Part shown: positions 20,044 to 31,470 of the stretch, piece by piece
Layout of the letters: every line of letters begins with the position of its first letter
How positions within the stretch are numbered: position 1 is the stretch's first letter
Virus record (IMG/VR): IMGVR_UViG_2561511241_000008
Span: 1-43,179 of that record
Direction: 5' to 3' (one strand)
DNA from: a virus
Taxonomy: Duplodnaviria > Heunggongvirae > Uroviricota > Caudoviricetes
Length of the DNA: 43,179 bases
Program-made: the position numbers and the translations under genes
The notes under the pieces: generated by a model
Seen by the model: the letters and a program-made list of their open reading frames with translations, nothing else
Databases searched by the model: none
Told to the model about the DNA's origin: nothing

Positions 20044-22035
20044 TCACGCTGCAACCTGAGCATCCGTCTGTGCCTGGAATGCTTTAACCTGAATGGCTGC
20101 CTGCTCGTTCTGCGCTTTCTGCAATTCAGCCTGACCAGCAAGAAGCTGACCTTGCGCTGCAACCATAGCCGGATCTGGCTGACTGGCCTGTTGTTGTTTC
20201 GCCTGTTCAACCATCTGCTGTTCTTCAGGCGTTCTCGGCTTGATAACGCCAGACAGAAGCAACTGATTGCGGTTGTATTCTTTCAGGTCGTCCATCCCTT
20301 CGCCGTCCATATTGTCGAGAATCATCGACGATACAAGGTCGTGCTTCGGCGTTCCTGGTGGGATAAGTGCCAGCATGGAAAGTAACGACTTAACCGTTGC
20401 GTCACGGCGAGTAGCGAACGACTGACCGACATCGACAGTCACTTCATAGTTACCCTGCGAAAGGTCGTTAAGCGCGATAACCTGCCCTGTCTGACGGTCA
20501 ACCACTTCACCAGTCATCAGCGCCACGTCATCGCTGCCGTCCTCATTAACGATACGCATCGGCGTATCGCTGCCATAGACTTCACGCGCCATAGAAAGCC
20601 ACACAACGCCAGCGCGACGCATAGATTTAGCCATGTTGTCCATGTAGATATAGGACTGCGTGTCCATCCGGTTAAAAATGCTATCAACGGTATCAGTAGC
20701 GACGTTGCTCGGCATGTTCTCAAGCTGCGACGCACCTGTAATTTGCTGAATAGCCGTTCCGGTGTACTGCAATAGCCCGGCAAGAGCTGGAGGCATTTGT
20801 GTCGGAGGCGTATAACTGCTGACCTGAGCCTGCGCAGTAATATCTCCGTTTTTGTTTTTCAGACTGACCATCGGCAGGAACGCCGGGCGCTTTTTGTTGC
20901 GCTCCGCCCAATGAGTGGCGAGAGGACCAGGAATCATGTCAACATCAACTACAGGAATGCCATCACCGCCAGCCTGAGTAGCGTTATCTGCAATCATGGA
21001 AACCATCAGGTTCTCAAGACGCTGTGCATCCATCGCTTTTGCTGCGTGTCCTTCAATTCGCTCCTGATTATCAACAAATGAGCGACGCCCATATACCGGG
21101 ATGAGAGGAATATGTTCGCCCGGAATACGCTTCGGTTCTTCCAGCCATTCAGCGCCAGACAGAAGACCGCAATAAACTCGGCGTTTCTTCACTGTCCGCT
21201 CACCAATCAGTTCGAATGCACCATCGGTCAGCTCGTCGACAATATCTTTGATTTGCTCTTCATCATAGATTGCCGTTTCTCCGCTAACAGGGTTACGCCA
21301 TGCTGTGAGCTTCACCTTCTCTATGCGAACTTCGTAGTAGCGACCAACATAGATGGCATCGGTCGTTGACCAGTCATATTGAGTGCCAGTGTCATCACGA
21401 GAAAGGCTTGCCGCGGTGGAATCAGGGTATTCAGCCTCGAACGCTTTAGGCGTCATGGAGAACATTTCCATAGCCCACATAGCATCAGAGCGGTCATATT
21501 GCTTGCTGTCCTGATCGAAGAAGACGCATGTTGCTGGGTCGTAAACCGGGAGAAGGCTTATACGGCGTTGCTCGTTACTCGGATCCATTTCATCTTCGTA
21601 ATCGGCACACATGCGGAAACAACCGAATCCACCCGTTACAGCATCATCAAATGCGTTATCACACGCTTCGCCACCGGATGTTTCCTGATAATCAGCGCGG
21701 AATTTGCCGTTCATCTTTTCGGCTAACGCTTCCGATGCCTTATCGTCCTTCGGTCTGAATTTAACGCTGATGCGATTCTGTCGATACTCGCCAATGATGC
21801 GATCACATTCACGGGCAATCTTATTCAGTTCAAAACGCGGATAATGCTCAAACCTGCCTTCATCAAATGAGTAACCAGCGTTTGTGCTGCCTTCCCACTG
21901 TGCGCCGGATACCCGGACGAAACGTTGAGCCTCAATAATCTGCTCACGCATATCCTGCGTTGCTGACCAGGCATTATCAAAGTTGCACAGCACCTTGCGA
22001 TGCCAGTCAGTCATCTTTCTATCATCAGCCATCAT
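20044..22035 (-). pseudogene. Portal protein (P22 gp1-like), 3' end interrupted by IS; reading frame terminates at TGA inside the IS inverted repeat
   Basis: N-terminal ~663 codons intact; stop at 20044-20046 lies in IS terminal repeat. Confidence 0.8.
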
Positions 22036-23528
22036 CCAACTCCGCAAGGTATGTTGTAGCTTGAGTAATCAATATCTTTAGGATCTTTGATGTCTCGCAT
22101 CTGTATTGCAAAACGCCTCATCATGTAGCCATAGCGAACAGCAGAAAGGATGTCGTCATTTAGCTTGACGATCTTCCCGTTCTCATCGCGGTGATACAGG
22201 CGAAACTCTTCAAAGAATGGCTCGCAGGTGTTAAATACCTTGAAACGACCGTCGAGCATCATGTCGCGTATCTCTGCTATCCCGGGTTCGACCGCATTAC
22301 CTCCATCAGGCCATGTTGCATGATCTGGCAACATGTCGAACCCAGCTTCGGCGTATTGTTCCTTGAGCTGAGCGCCGCCTCCCTTTTCGTGCTGATGCCC
22401 GTCATGAGGCCAAGCCGTAGGGGTGTTTTTGCTCCATGCTTTAACAGCACTCCATGCCTCTGTCGCCTTCTTCTGTTTGGCCTTCCAGACGCGAGAAAGA
22501 TAAATCACGTCCTCGTCTTTATCCCACCAAAGCTGGATATGTGCCTGTGGGTGATCCCATCCGAAGTCCATTGCATTGATGACGTAGAAGTGATCAGGAC
22601 ACTCGAACGGCTGACACTTAATCGTCTCTTCCGGTATCTGGAAGATTCGACCGCTACCCATCGTAGGAATACCGCGAGCACGCGCCTCTCTCTCATGCTC
22701 GGGATAGGATGCGATGATTTGCTCTTTCTGTTCGTCTGTGTAGTGCTCAGCGTCATAGATGGTCATGTTGACCACTTTCTGCGACTTGCTGGGATTCTTC
22801 AGGAACTTGGTAACAACGTCAGACATCCCCATCAGCGGGGTAAACGTCAGAATTGAGAATTGCCCGTATTTGTTGGTACGGGTAAGACCTTCGCCATAAA
22901 TGCTGTATGGTGGCTCTTCGTCAAACCACACGCCGTGGATTGTGTCACCCTGCCAGCGAGCGCGGCCTTGCGAGTATGGTTTGAAGTAGCAGATTGAAAT
23001 GCCATCTTCAACGCCATCAGCCGTGTGATGCTTAACCAGAAGATGATCAACAAGGTTCGGAAAGAAAGGAGACTTCTTCCAGCTAATGATGTCTTCTTTA
23101 GGTATGGAACCGTAGCCTGGCTCATCATTCTCTTCGATACGACCACACAGGATGCGTTGAGTCGTTTTGGTTACAGTCTCGTTTGTCTCGCCGCCAATCC
23201 AGAAGACAACAGGCTCATAGAAACGCTTACCTTTCCACTCACCGCCATATTTACCATCAGCAGGATAGCCTTTTGTGCCCGGGTAACGCCCGGTAAGGTG
23301 AAACGCGACTTCAGCAGCACCAGTAAATGACTTACCAAGCTGGTTACCAGCCATAAAACATCGCTCTGGATAGTCATGCCCGGCGTCGATGAACTCACGC
23401 TGTTTGCTGTATGGCGTAAATTCATATAGCAGGTGTGTGTTACGGTAGTTCTCTTCTTCTTCGAGTAGCTCGAGCAATTCGATTTGCTCTTCGTCGCTCA
23501 AGTTATCAAGAATCGCGTCCAGTTCCAC
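22032..23528 (-). CDS. Terminase large subunit (P22 gp2-like)
   Basis: 498 aa, acidic N-terminus, ATPase-like motifs; synteny. Confidence 0.85.
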   Translation of the reverse strand: MELDAILDNLSDEEQIELLELLEEEENYRNTHLLYEFTPYSKQREFIDAGHDYPERCFMAGNQLGKSFTGAAEVAFHLTGRYPGTKGYPADGKYGGEWKGKRFYEPVVFWIGGETNETVTKTTQRILCGRIEENDEPGYGSIPKEDIISWKKSPFFPNLVDHLLVKHHTADGVEDGISICYFKPYSQGRARWQGDTIHGVWFDEEPPYSIYGEGLTRTNKYGQFSILTFTPLMGMSDVVTKFLKNPSKSQKVVNMTIYDAEHYTDEQKEQIIASYPEHEREARARGIPTMGSGRIFQIPEETIKCQPFECPDHFYVINAMDFGWDHPQAHIQLWWDKDEDVIYLSRVWKAKQKKATEAWSAVKAWSKNTPTAWPHDGHQHEKGGGAQLKEQYAEAGFDMLPDHATWPDGGNAVEPGIAEIRDMMLDGRFKVFNTCEPFFEEFRLYHRDENGKIVKLNDDILSAVRYGYMMRRFAIQMRDIKDPKDIDYSSYNIPCGVG

Positions 23529-23994
23529 GGTTGAATAGCTCCTTGATACGAGAGCGCCGCTTATCGCGATCTCCCTTATCAGGTGTCACGTCTTCAACTT
23601 GCGACTGCTCTTTGAGGCCCAAATCACGGGCGATGATGTTAGCGTTGAGAAGGTCAGCGGCTGCGCCAGAGAATTTCTGGTCGTAGATGATGTCTTCCGC
23701 TCGTGATGTGACGTCAGAAAAACCTTCCATTGACCGGAAGGTTCCCCATGTTTGCCTGGTGATATCAAGGAAGGTACACAATCCTGAAATAGTCATGGCT
23801 CGCATCTTAGGGACATTAGCCTTAATTATTTCTCCCTGATATGAAAATACCTTACCCTCCCATAGCGGGTTATCATCAGCCCACTCGAAGTATTCACAAC
23901 AAGCAGCCCACAGCGCCTCAGGCGATTCGAATTTAGGATTTCGCCCATGACTACTGCGGGCCTCCCAAAATCGGTTGCCCTTTGGTGCTGCCAT
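23506..23994 (-). CDS. Terminase small subunit (P22 gp3-like)
   Basis: 162 aa; overlaps TerL start. Confidence 0.75.
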   Translation of the reverse strand: MAAPKGNRFWEARSSHGRNPKFESPEALWAACCEYFEWADDNPLWEGKVFSYQGEIIKANVPKMRAMTISGLCTFLDITRQTWGTFRSMEGFSDVTSRAEDIIYDQKFSGAAADLLNANIIARDLGLKEQSQVEDVTPDKGDRDKRRSRIKELFNRGTGRDS

Positions 23995-24073
23995 ATTGAT
24001 TATTTCCCTTCTGCTTGCTTATCCCATTCATCGCGGAATTTGGATGGGTTGTCGAAACCTTGAGTTGCCATGT

Positions 24074-24316
24074 TTATGCTCCGGTAGTGAACAGGTCTAA
24101 CGCTTCCTTCGATTTACGCACCGCTTCGATTGTGCGGGTCGTGATATCTGAATTAGCGCCGCCTGACTGGAAGTGAATTTTGAATAGCTCAAGCTTCAGC
24201 TCGTCAGTGCCAATGAACTGAAATGCTTCTTCTGCGGCTGCGTTCTGGTTCATGACCAGTTTGTAAATCTCTAGCTGGAATTTCTGTTCTTCAGTCATGG
24301 GAATAATCTCTGCCAT
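24074..24316 (-). CDS. Hypothetical 80-aa protein (moron locus)
   Basis: ORF only. Confidence 0.4.
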   Translation of the reverse strand: MAEIIPMTEEQKFQLEIYKLVMNQNAAAEEAFQFIGTDELKLELFKIHFQSGGANSDITTRTIEAVRKSKEALDLFTTGA

Positions 24317-24419
24317 TGTTGGCTCCGTTTATCCGTTAAAAGGGATATCAGTTAAGTTATCCCGTGTAGGGTATAAGCCATTATCAAAGCCACTCTGTAG
24401 GGAATGGCTTTTGTAATAA

Positions 24420-24800
24420 CTACTGTTCGCTTAGCTTCTGCTTCAGCAAGTAACCTTCGAGCATCCAGATTTTGTTTACAGCATTTTGCCGGGCAATCTT
24501 CCGACCAATTTCTGCATCAAAATTTTCAGGGCTTGCACAGGCACTCTCTCCGGTGACGGTGAAGCCATTCTTCAGCACCAGTACGCAGAAAGTGAGCAAC
24601 TTCAATGGTGATAAATCACGATCGCCTTCTTCTGGTTTTTCTCTGCCACAATATTCGTTGCTGGAAATGGCACCATTTCGTCCATCATAAGCAGTAAAGT
24701 AATGCTCGCTTTTAATCACGTCTTCGATGTGCTGCGGGGTGATTCGCGGTGCCGTTTTGCCTTTCTCAACGATTTCTTTTTCGATTTGCTGGTCGTTCAT
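24420..24800 (-). CDS. Hypothetical 126-aa protein (moron locus)
   Basis: ORF only. Confidence 0.45.
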   Translation of the reverse strand: MNDQQIEKEIVEKGKTAPRITPQHIEDVIKSEHYFTAYDGRNGAISSNEYCGREKPEEGDRDLSPLKLLTFCVLVLKNGFTVTGESACASPENFDAEIGRKIARQNAVNKIWMLEGYLLKQKLSEQ

Positions 24801-25034
24801 AATTATGTCCCTGTGGAGTGGTTGCTTGATTAGGATGTCTTTCCATCAGTCCGCCACCACAAAGAATCTTTTTTGCCATCAGGCTGGAGGTTCATCTTTC
24901 AGTGGCTGCCAGTGTTATTTCCCCACTTACTGGCTTGGGTTGTTTCGCTGTACTGCCGTTAATTAGTGACCAGAAATTAACTCCGGTTTCATTATCAAGC
25001 CCACCCGTAGATAGGCTTTGTAATGCCTACATGG

Positions 25035-25514
25035 TTAAATGATTTGCCAGTCTTCAGCCATCAGGTCGCCAATGGATGGAACCCATGTAGCAAGGCGGTT
25101 CTGTGAGTTTTTCAATACAAGCGTGTCATTGAAAGTTGGCTCGCCAACATATTCGCCAAAGCCATAACCCAACGCAGACGCTAATTTTTCCCCTTTCACG
25201 AGATAAACAAACTGGTCTTTCCCATTCCATCCTGCCCGCTGCAAACTTTTGCCCTGTTTTAACGCTTCCATGGCAAGGCCGAAACTTAACCCTGATACCG
25301 GACGATAAGCCTTTTCGAATACTTCTTTTGGACTCCAGCTAACGTAGCCATCAAAGCGATCGGTGTTAGGTTTTCCGCCATCCAGATATTCAACCAGATA
25401 GCCTTCATCCTCGCCGTTTTCTCCGGCAGGAAGCTGCCAGCCACGAAAATCGTTATATGCCTGTCTCGTCATCGGAAAGGCGTTAATCAGTTTTACGCCA
25501 ATATGCTGGGTCAT
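25035..25514 (-). CDS. DUF2829-domain protein (Tad2-like) with ~70-aa N-terminal extension
   Basis: C-terminal half has AMEALKQGKSLQRAGWNGK...FVYLV...DLMAEDWQII, matching the DUF2829 signature as I recall it. Confidence 0.55.
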   Translation of the reverse strand: MTQHIGVKLINAFPMTRQAYNDFRGWQLPAGENGEDEGYLVEYLDGGKPNTDRFDGYVSWSPKEVFEKAYRPVSGLSFGLAMEALKQGKSLQRAGWNGKDQFVYLVKGEKLASALGYGFGEYVGEPTFNDTLVLKNSQNRLATWVPSIGDLMAEDWQII

Positions 25515-25735
25515 AAAATTACCTATGGAGTTGGGAATAAAAAACCCCGCGAATGCGAAGCTAAATCCTGGTGTTTGTGATGACTGGCTCTTATCTCAAC
25601 GCTGCCCCTTACCGCGCGCCAGATGCTCAATATCAAGCATCAGCAATGAGATGTTTAATCTGGATTTACTCCAGAAGTGATCACCACCCTGTCTACAGAG
25701 CCAGATGTGAAGGATGATGAGTAAAATTATCGCTA

Positions 25736-26203
25736 TCATCGAAGGCATTGCGTCCTGATGTATTCCTGAAGCGTTCTCAGTGCTGTTTGGTCGCGGATAA
25801 TTCCGTCCCGGACACCGAGAACGTTTCGTCCAGCAACTGGAGAGAGTTCGACGGTGGCATCATTGCCCATGCCGGAGGCGCTGGAGGTTTCGGCTGAGGA
25901 TGGCACAGGGCATTTTCCTTTGACGAGCACCCTGCCACCATTATCAAGCTTGCGCCGAAGAGCATCATTTTCAGTTTTCGCATCAGCTAACTCCTTCGTG
26001 TATTTAGCATCGAGTGCATCAGCAGAACGCTGGCGCTGCTGCATGTCAGTAATGGTGGCGGTCGCCTGCTTCAGCTCACTGACTTTTTTATCGCGCTGTT
26101 CTTTGTAGGCGATGGCGTTATCACGGTAATGATTAACAGCCCATGACAGGCAGACGATGATGCAGATAACCAGAGCGGAGATAATCGCGGTGACTCTGCT
26201 CAT
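25736..26203 (-). CDS. Rz: Rz i-spanin
   Basis: N-terminus [30 protein letters not shown] matches lambda Rz; C-terminal half diverges. Confidence 0.85.
   Translation of the reverse strand: MSRVTAIISALVICIIVCLSWAVNHYRDNAIAYKEQRDKKVSELKQATATITDMQQRQRSADALDAKYTKELADAKTENDALRRKLDNGGRVLVKGKCPVPSSAETSSASGMGNDATVELSPVAGRNVLGVRDGIIRDQTALRTLQEYIRTQCLR
25777..25983 (-). CDS. Rz1: Rz1 o-spanin lipoprotein (embedded in Rz, +1 frame)
   Basis: lipobox MVAGCSS, proline-rich; embedded inside Rz. Confidence 0.7.
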   Translation of the reverse strand: MRKLKMMLFGASLIMVAGCSSKENALCHPQPKPPAPPAWAMMPPSNSLQLLDETFSVSGTELSATKQH

Positions 26204-26676
26204 ACCTCAATCTCTCTGACCGTTCCGCCAGCCTCTTTGAATTTTGCAATCAGGCTGTCAGCCTTATGCTCGAACTGGCCATAACCAGCGCCCGGCAGTG
26301 AAGCCCATATATTGCTGCAACGGTCGATAGCCTGACGGATATCACCGCGATCAATCATCGGCAAAGCGCCACGCTCCTTAATCTGCTGCAGCGCAACAGC
26401 GTCCTGGCTTTTGGGAGAGAAGTCTTTCAGGCCAAGCTGCTTACGGTAAGCATCCCACCAACGGGAAAGAAGCTGGTAACGTCCGGCTGCTGTTGATTTG
26501 AGTTTGGGGTTTAGCGTGACAAGTTTGCGAGGGTGATCGGAGTAATCAGTGAATAGCTCTCCGCCAACAATGACGTCATAACCGTGATTTCTGGTTTTCT
26601 GTCGTCCGTTATCTGTTCCCTCTGACCACGCCAGCATATCGAGGAACGCCTTACGTTGATTATTGATTTCCACCAT
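26200..26676 (-). CDS. R: Endolysin R (lambda-type lytic transglycosylase)
   Basis: [35 protein letters not shown]... near-identical to lambda R as recalled. Confidence 0.9.
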   Translation of the reverse strand: MVEINNQRKAFLDMLAWSEGTDNGRQKTRNHGYDVIVGGELFTDYSDHPRKLVTLNPKLKSTAAGRYQLLSRWWDAYRKQLGLKDFSPKSQDAVALQQIKERGALPMIDRGDIRQAIDRCSNIWASLPGAGYGQFEHKADSLIAKFKEAGGTVREIEV

Positions 26677-26983
26677 CTTCTACTCCGGCTTTTTTAGCAG
26701 CGAAGCGTTTGATAAGCGAACCAATCGAGTCAGTACCGATGTAGCCGATGAACACGCTCGTTATATAAGCGAGATTGCTACTTAGTCCGGCGAAGTCGAG
26801 AAGGTCACGAATGAACCAGGCGATAATGGCGCACATCGTTGCGTCGATTACTGTTTTTGTAAACGCACCGCCATTATATCTGCCGCGAAGGTACGCCATT
26901 GCAAACGCAAGGATTGCCCCGATGCCTTGTTCCTTTGCCGCGAGAATGGCGGCTAACAGGTCATGTTTTTCTGGCATCTTCAT
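26660..26983 (-). CDS. S: Holin S (lambda S107/S105 dual-start)
   Basis: [39 protein letters not shown]... matches lambda S. Confidence 0.9.
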   Translation of the reverse strand: MKMPEKHDLLAAILAAKEQGIGAILAFAMAYLRGRYNGGAFTKTVIDATMCAIIAWFIRDLLDFAGLSSNLAYITSVFIGYIGTDSIGSLIKRFAAKKAGVEDGGNQ

Positions 26984-27380
26984 GTCTTACCCCCAATAAG
27001 GGGATTTGCTCTATTTAATTAGGAATAAGGTCGATTACTGATAGAACAAATCCAGGCTACTGTGTTTAGTAATCAGATTTGTTCGTGACCGATATGCACG
27101 GGCAAAACGGCAGGAGGTTGTTAGCGCGACCTCCTGTCACCCGCTTTCACGAAGATCATGTGTAGAAGGCCGCAGCGTAACTATCACTGATGAATTCAGG
27201 ATAGCCAGTGGATACGGCTCAGTTTGGGTTGTGCTGTTGCTGGGCGGCGATGACGCCTGTACGCATTTGGTGATCCGGTTCTGCTTCCGGTATTCGCTTA
27301 ATTCAGCACAACGGAAAGAGCACTCAATGCATTTAAACCAAGCCCCATAAAGGAGAATGCTCTTACCTGTTGCACAGATA

Positions 27381-27440
27381 TAAAAAATCCCGAAACCGTT
27401 ATGCAGGCTCTAACTATTACCTGCGAACTGTTTCGGGATT
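27381..27440 (-). terminator. tR'-like late terminator (end of short pR' transcript)
   Basis: 10-bp stem ATCCCGAAAC/GTTTCGGGAT followed on minus strand by U6; matches lambda tR' context. Confidence 0.75.
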
Positions 27441-27574
27441 GCATTTTGCAGACCTCTCAGCCTGCGATGGTTGGAGTTCCAGACGATACGTCGAAGTGAC
27501 CAACTAGGCGGAATCGGTAGTAAGCGCCGCCTCTTTTTATCTCACTACCACAACGAGCGAATTAACCCATCGTT

Positions 27575-27609
27575 GGGTCAAATTTACCCAACTTTATTCA
27601 AAAAGTCAA
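27575..27609 (-). promoter_or_regulatory. Late promoter pR' (qut region)
   Basis: minus-strand TTGACT (27604-27609), 17-bp spacer, TAAATT (27581-27586), just downstream of Q stop. Confidence 0.75.
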
Positions 27610-27651
27610 TATCATGCCGTTAATATGTTGCCATCCGTGGCAATCATGCTG

Positions 27652-28275
27652 CTAACGTGTGACCGCATTCAAAATGTTGTCTGCGATTGACTCTTCTTTG
27701 TGGCATTGCACCACCAGAGCGTCATACAGCGGCTTAACAGTGCGTGACCAGGTGGGTTGGGTAAGATTTGGGATTAGCATCGTCACAGCGCGATATGCGG
27801 CGCTTGCTGGCATCCTTGAATAGCCGACACCTTTGCATCTTCCGCATTCTTTCTCAACAACTCTCCCCCACTGCTCTGTTTTTGCTATATCAACCGCACG
27901 GCCTGTACCGTGACAATCTCTGCATCTTGCGCCAGGCGTCGCGGCACTACGGCAATAATCCGCATAAGCGAATGTTGCGAGCACTTGCAGTACCTTTGCC
28001 TTAGTATTTCCTTCGAGCTTTGCCACACCACGGTATTTCCCCGATACCTTGTGTGCAAATTGCATCAGATAGTTGATAGCCTTTTGTTTGTCGTTCTGGC
28101 TGAGTTCGTGCTTACCACAGAATGCAGCCATTCCGAATCCGGCTTGTGATTGCGCCATCCCCATAGCAGCCATCACATCAGTACCGGAAAGAGAGTCAGA
28201 AGCCGTGGCCCGTGGTGAGTCACTCATCATCGGGCTTTTTGGCGAATGAAATTTAGCCACGCTTTCGAGTCTCAT
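27652..28275 (-). CDS. Q: Late antiterminator Q (lambda-type)
   Basis: 207 aa; cysteine cluster CRDCHGTG...CGRCKGVG; position upstream of pR'. Confidence 0.9.
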   Translation of the reverse strand: MRLESVAKFHSPKSPMMSDSPRATASDSLSGTDVMAAMGMAQSQAGFGMAAFCGKHELSQNDKQKAINYLMQFAHKVSGKYRGVAKLEGNTKAKVLQVLATFAYADYCRSAATPGARCRDCHGTGRAVDIAKTEQWGRVVEKECGRCKGVGYSRMPASAAYRAVTMLIPNLTQPTWSRTVKPLYDALVVQCHKEESIADNILNAVTR

Positions 28276-28937
28276 GCGCCTTCTCCCTGTACCTGAATCA
28301 ATGTGAGATTTCCGCAGAACACTGCCCCAGTATCGATATACATCTGGTTGGCAAATTTGAGTGGTTTCACTGCTGGCGTATGACCAAAGATGAACGTGTC
28401 CGCGCCTTTGATTTCTTTCACGATCCCGTCTTGTGAGTTGCTGATTCGTTCGCGGTTCCAGATTACCTGCTGATGATCAACTGGCTTTCCAAACTCGTAT
28501 TCGTCACAAGGATAATCGGCGTGGCAGATGACATATTTTTTATCTTTGCTCACCAGTTCGATGATTAACGGAAGTTCATCTGCTTTATGGGCAAGAGCTT
28601 TAGCCAGAATTTCTTTGTCGTAATCGAGATTAAAGAACCAGCCACCGCCATTAAGCATCCAGTGATTGACGTTTCCTCGCTCTGATAAGCCATCAATCAT
28701 CATTTGCTCATGGTTTCCACGTACAGCTCTGAACCAGGGGAATGTGATTAATTCCAGGCATTCGACGTTCTCTGTACCGCGATCGACCAAATCGCCAACC
28801 GAGATAAGCAGGTCTTTTTTGGTGTCGAATCCTATCGTCTCCAGTTTTTTCATCAGGTTCGTGTAGCATCCGTGCAGATCGCCAACTACCCAAATATTTC
28901 GGTATTTGCTGCCATCAATTCTTTCGTAATAGCGCAT
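28272..28937 (-). CDS. Ser/Thr protein phosphatase (lambda NinI-like)
   Basis: [24 protein letters not shown] and GNHE metallophosphatase motifs; ORF 28272-29012, internal start preferred. Confidence 0.85.
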   Translation of the reverse strand: MRYYERIDGSKYRNIWVVGDLHGCYTNLMKKLETIGFDTKKDLLISVGDLVDRGTENVECLELITFPWFRAVRGNHEQMMIDGLSERGNVNHWMLNGGGWFFNLDYDKEILAKALAHKADELPLIIELVSKDKKYVICHADYPCDEYEFGKPVDHQQVIWNRERISNSQDGIVKEIKGADTFIFGHTPAVKPLKFANQMYIDTGAVFCGNLTLIQVQGEGA

Positions 28938-29121
28938 CTCTTTCACTCCATCCGCGATGAACCATAAGAACGTCGTTGACGATGGCGTGCATTTTCCCGT
29001 CTTTATCATCAACGTATTTTCTGACCGTACAGCGACTACATTTCAGTCTGCGTGCTACTTCTGTCTGGTTTCCGTATGCTTCAACGAGCATGTCTGGAAT
29101 GGTTTTTACTGAGAACGTCAT
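28915..29121 (-). CDS. ninH: NinH
   Basis: 68 aa matching lambda NinH as recalled. Confidence 0.75.
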   Translation of the reverse strand: MTFSVKTIPDMLVEAYGNQTEVARRLKCSRCTVRKYVDDKDGKMHAIVNDVLMVHRGWSERDALLRKN

Positions 29122-29729
29122 GCGGCCTCACTTCTGCTATTTCGCAGGTCTTTGAGTTTCTGTTGGTACTCTGCCTTGATCGCCTTGCACTCTTCGACAG
29201 TCCAGCGATGGCGGTTATGGTTTGATTCGATTTCGTCTACTGCTTCCTGCCCGATACGGCTAATCAGTTCGACGCGATACGGAACGAGATTTCCGCTTTT
29301 GTGCTGGTTGCACACCACGCATTGCTTGTGAATATTGCGTTCATCAAATCGGAGTTGAGGTGCCGCAGCAGTTGTCCGGTAATGTCCGGCATCCCACTGA
29401 GCAGACGTGATCGTTCCGCATGAGATACATGGTAAGTCGCGGTCTCTTTCTCTGATGAAGGCGTTTACGGCTTGTTGGACTTGTTTAATCCAGTAACTGC
29501 GGGGCTTTAAGGCGAGTTTTCGAATCTTAAGTTTATCTTTCTGTTTCTGCTCCTCTCGTCGTCGTTTCTTCTCTGCTGCTTTTTCCGCTTTTTCGCGTTC
29601 TTTGCTTCGTCGTTCGAGTGCTATCTTTGTTCCACACTCTGGAGAGCACCACCACTGATTAGCGAATGCAGGGTGAAACCATTCCCGACATTCTTCGTTT
29701 TTACATCGTCTTCGCGCTGGTTTAGCCAT
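29118..29729 (-). CDS. ninG: NinG (Rap-like recombination protein)
   Basis: [33 protein letters not shown]... matches lambda NinG; ATG at 29729 preferred. Confidence 0.85.
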   Translation of the reverse strand: MAKPARRRCKNEECREWFHPAFANQWWCSPECGTKIALERRSKEREKAEKAAEKKRRREEQKQKDKLKIRKLALKPRSYWIKQVQQAVNAFIRERDRDLPCISCGTITSAQWDAGHYRTTAAAPQLRFDERNIHKQCVVCNQHKSGNLVPYRVELISRIGQEAVDEIESNHNRHRWTVEECKAIKAEYQQKLKDLRNSRSEAA

Positions 29730-29898
29730 CATCTTCTTCCTCGTACATTGAGCTATTCGGATCACTCATAAGTTCTGCGCAACAGTGCTCACACACGTGA
29801 ACTTCCAGTACATGCAGCTTCTGACCGCAGTTAGCACACGTTAAAGCTCGCTCGACGCTTTCTTTCTGGTATTGAAGGGATTGGGATGGGCTAAGCAT
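29722..29898 (-). CDS. ninF: NinF
   Basis: hand translation [58 protein letters not shown]; below ORF-track cutoff. Confidence 0.7.
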   Translation of the reverse strand: MLSPSQSLQYQKESVERALTCANCGQKLHVLEVHVCEHCCAELMSDPNSSMYEEEDDG

Positions 29899-30263
29899 TA
29901 TTGGATTCTCTGCATCATGAGAAAGACAATCATGGCGGCGCGGAGGGGATTTTCATGTATAGCTCGCTTAGATTTACAGTAGGCCACACCGCGTGCACCC
30001 CACTCGTCTTCATCGAGATTGATAATGCTAATCCTGTATTTTTCAATAATCGGCCATGCGTCTGCTGGGTTTACGCATGGGTTAAATGATCCGCGCTCAA
30101 CTTCTACTTCAACTGCGTCTCCGTTTACAATGTCTCCCTCAAATGAGACAAACACCATATCGCCATTCTCACCTTCTTTGTAATCCGGTGATCCGTTATG
30201 AATGGCTTCGAATACCGCCACGTTAATTTCAAAATCACTTAACTGTGAATAATCCATTGTCAT
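29898..30263 (-). CDS. NinX-like protein
   Basis: 121 aa between ninE and ninF, the P22 ninX position; start ATG overlaps ninE stop. Confidence 0.5.
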   Translation of the reverse strand: MTMDYSQLSDFEINVAVFEAIHNGSPDYKEGENGDMVFVSFEGDIVNGDAVEVEVERGSFNPCVNPADAWPIIEKYRISIINLDEDEWGARGVAYCKSKRAIHENPLRAAMIVFLMMQRIQ

Positions 30264-30436
30264 TTCCTCGCACGATGTCTTAGCCACCGGATATCCCACA
30301 GGTGAGCCGTGTAGTTGAAGGTTTTTACGTCAGATTCTTTTGGGATTGGCTTGCGTTTATTTCTGGAGCGTTTCGTTGGAAGGTATTTGCAGTTTTCGCA
30401 GATGATGTCGGTGAAACTTCGTCGCTGTCGCCTCAT
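30260..30436 (-). CDS. ninE: NinE
   Basis: [52 protein letters not shown]... matches lambda NinE; start overlaps upstream stop (ATGA). Confidence 0.7.
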   Translation of the reverse strand: MRRQRRSFTDIICENCKYLPTKRSRNKRKPIPKESDVKTFNYTAHLWDIRWLRHRARK

Positions 30437-30960
30437 GCCGCCCTCCTGACGCCCTGCCCGATCGCCATCAATGCCGCTTTGGATACGGTAGTAAACATCC
30501 GTCGAGGACTGATAAACGGTCGCCAAATCAGCAGCATGGAGCCTTTGCTGTTTCCCTTCTTCTCCAGCCCCGTCGATGGTTCGATAAAATTAATCCGTCC
30601 ATCAGTGATAATGCGAACTTCGTCGACACTCTCCAGAGCCTTGCTGAACCATCCGACTGACATATCCTCTGGCACAAGCATCACTACCGTCTGTCGCTGT
30701 TGTATGCACTGCTCAGCGGCTTTTTCCACCCACGGCCTGATATTGCTGTACGGTGGGTTATTCCAGATTGCACCGTGGCTTATCCACTCAGAATTTAGCG
30801 CGTCGTCAGCCTCAGTTAGCCAGTGAGCGCACAGAGCGTTTTTGTCGCTCGCAGCTGAATCCAGCCAGAATCCAAACTCAATATCCAGTGCATCAAAAAG
30901 CCAAAGCGGCGTTTGCCAGCAGTCCTTGTCGTGTGCTGGCGTATTTGATTTGATAGTCAT
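30433..30960 (-). CDS. Phage-type DNA N6-adenine methyltransferase (orphan)
   Basis: NPPY motif (WNNPPYS); no adjacent restriction endonuclease; ATGA coupling to ninB. Confidence 0.7.
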   Translation of the reverse strand: MTIKSNTPAHDKDCWQTPLWLFDALDIEFGFWLDSAASDKNALCAHWLTEADDALNSEWISHGAIWNNPPYSNIRPWVEKAAEQCIQQRQTVVMLVPEDMSVGWFSKALESVDEVRIITDGRINFIEPSTGLEKKGNSKGSMLLIWRPFISPRRMFTTVSKAALMAIGQGVRRAA

Positions 30961-31397
30961 GCAGCCCGATCTCCCCATCGCGCTTTCCATTCGAGAGCTA
31001 GTCGCGCTTCGTCTGACCACTTAACGCCACGCTCTGTACCGAATGCCTGTATAAGCTCTAATAGCTCCGCAAATTCGCTTACACGCATCCTGCTGGTTGA
31101 CTGGCCTATTACCACAAAGCCATTCCCGGCAAGGTTAGGAACAACGTCCTGCTGCTTTAATGCTGCTGTAAAAACGCACTTCCAGCTTTCTGCATCCAGC
31201 CAGCGACCATGCCATTCAACCTGACGAGAGACGTCACCTAAGCAGGCCCATAGCTTCCTGTTTTGGTCTAAGCTGCGGTTGCGTTCCTGAATGGTTACTA
31301 CGATTGGTTTGGTTGGGTCTGGAAGGATTTGCTGTACTGCGTGAATAGCGTTTTGCTGATGTGCTGGAGATCGAATTTCAAAGGTTAGTTTTTTCAT
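30957..31397 (-). CDS. ninB: NinB (Orf-family recombination mediator)
   Basis: MKKLTFEIRSPAHQQNAIHAVQQILPDPTKPIVVTIQERNRSLDQNRKLW... matches lambda NinB. Confidence 0.85.
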   Translation of the reverse strand: MKKLTFEIRSPAHQQNAIHAVQQILPDPTKPIVVTIQERNRSLDQNRKLWACLGDVSRQVEWHGRWLDAESWKCVFTAALKQQDVVPNLAGNGFVVIGQSTSRMRVSEFAELLELIQAFGTERGVKWSDEARLALEWKARWGDRAA

Positions 31398-31470
31398 GAC
31401 TTCCCTCTCCCCCAAATAAAAAGGCCTGCGATTACCAGCAGGCCTGTTATTAGCTCAGTGATGTAGATGG

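Larger units (their letters stand above)
18736..20046 (-). mobile_element. IS3-family insertion sequence, IS629-like (1311 bp)
   Basis: imperfect terminal inverted repeats TGAACCGCCCCGG at both ends; 3-bp direct repeat CGC at 18733-18735 and 20047-20049; orfA/orfB inside. Confidence 0.85.

Noticed and set aside
22191-22856. 221-aa plus-strand ORF inside the terminase large subunit gene
   Set aside because: Antisense to a well-supported conserved gene; no ribosome-binding site; typical spurious frame.
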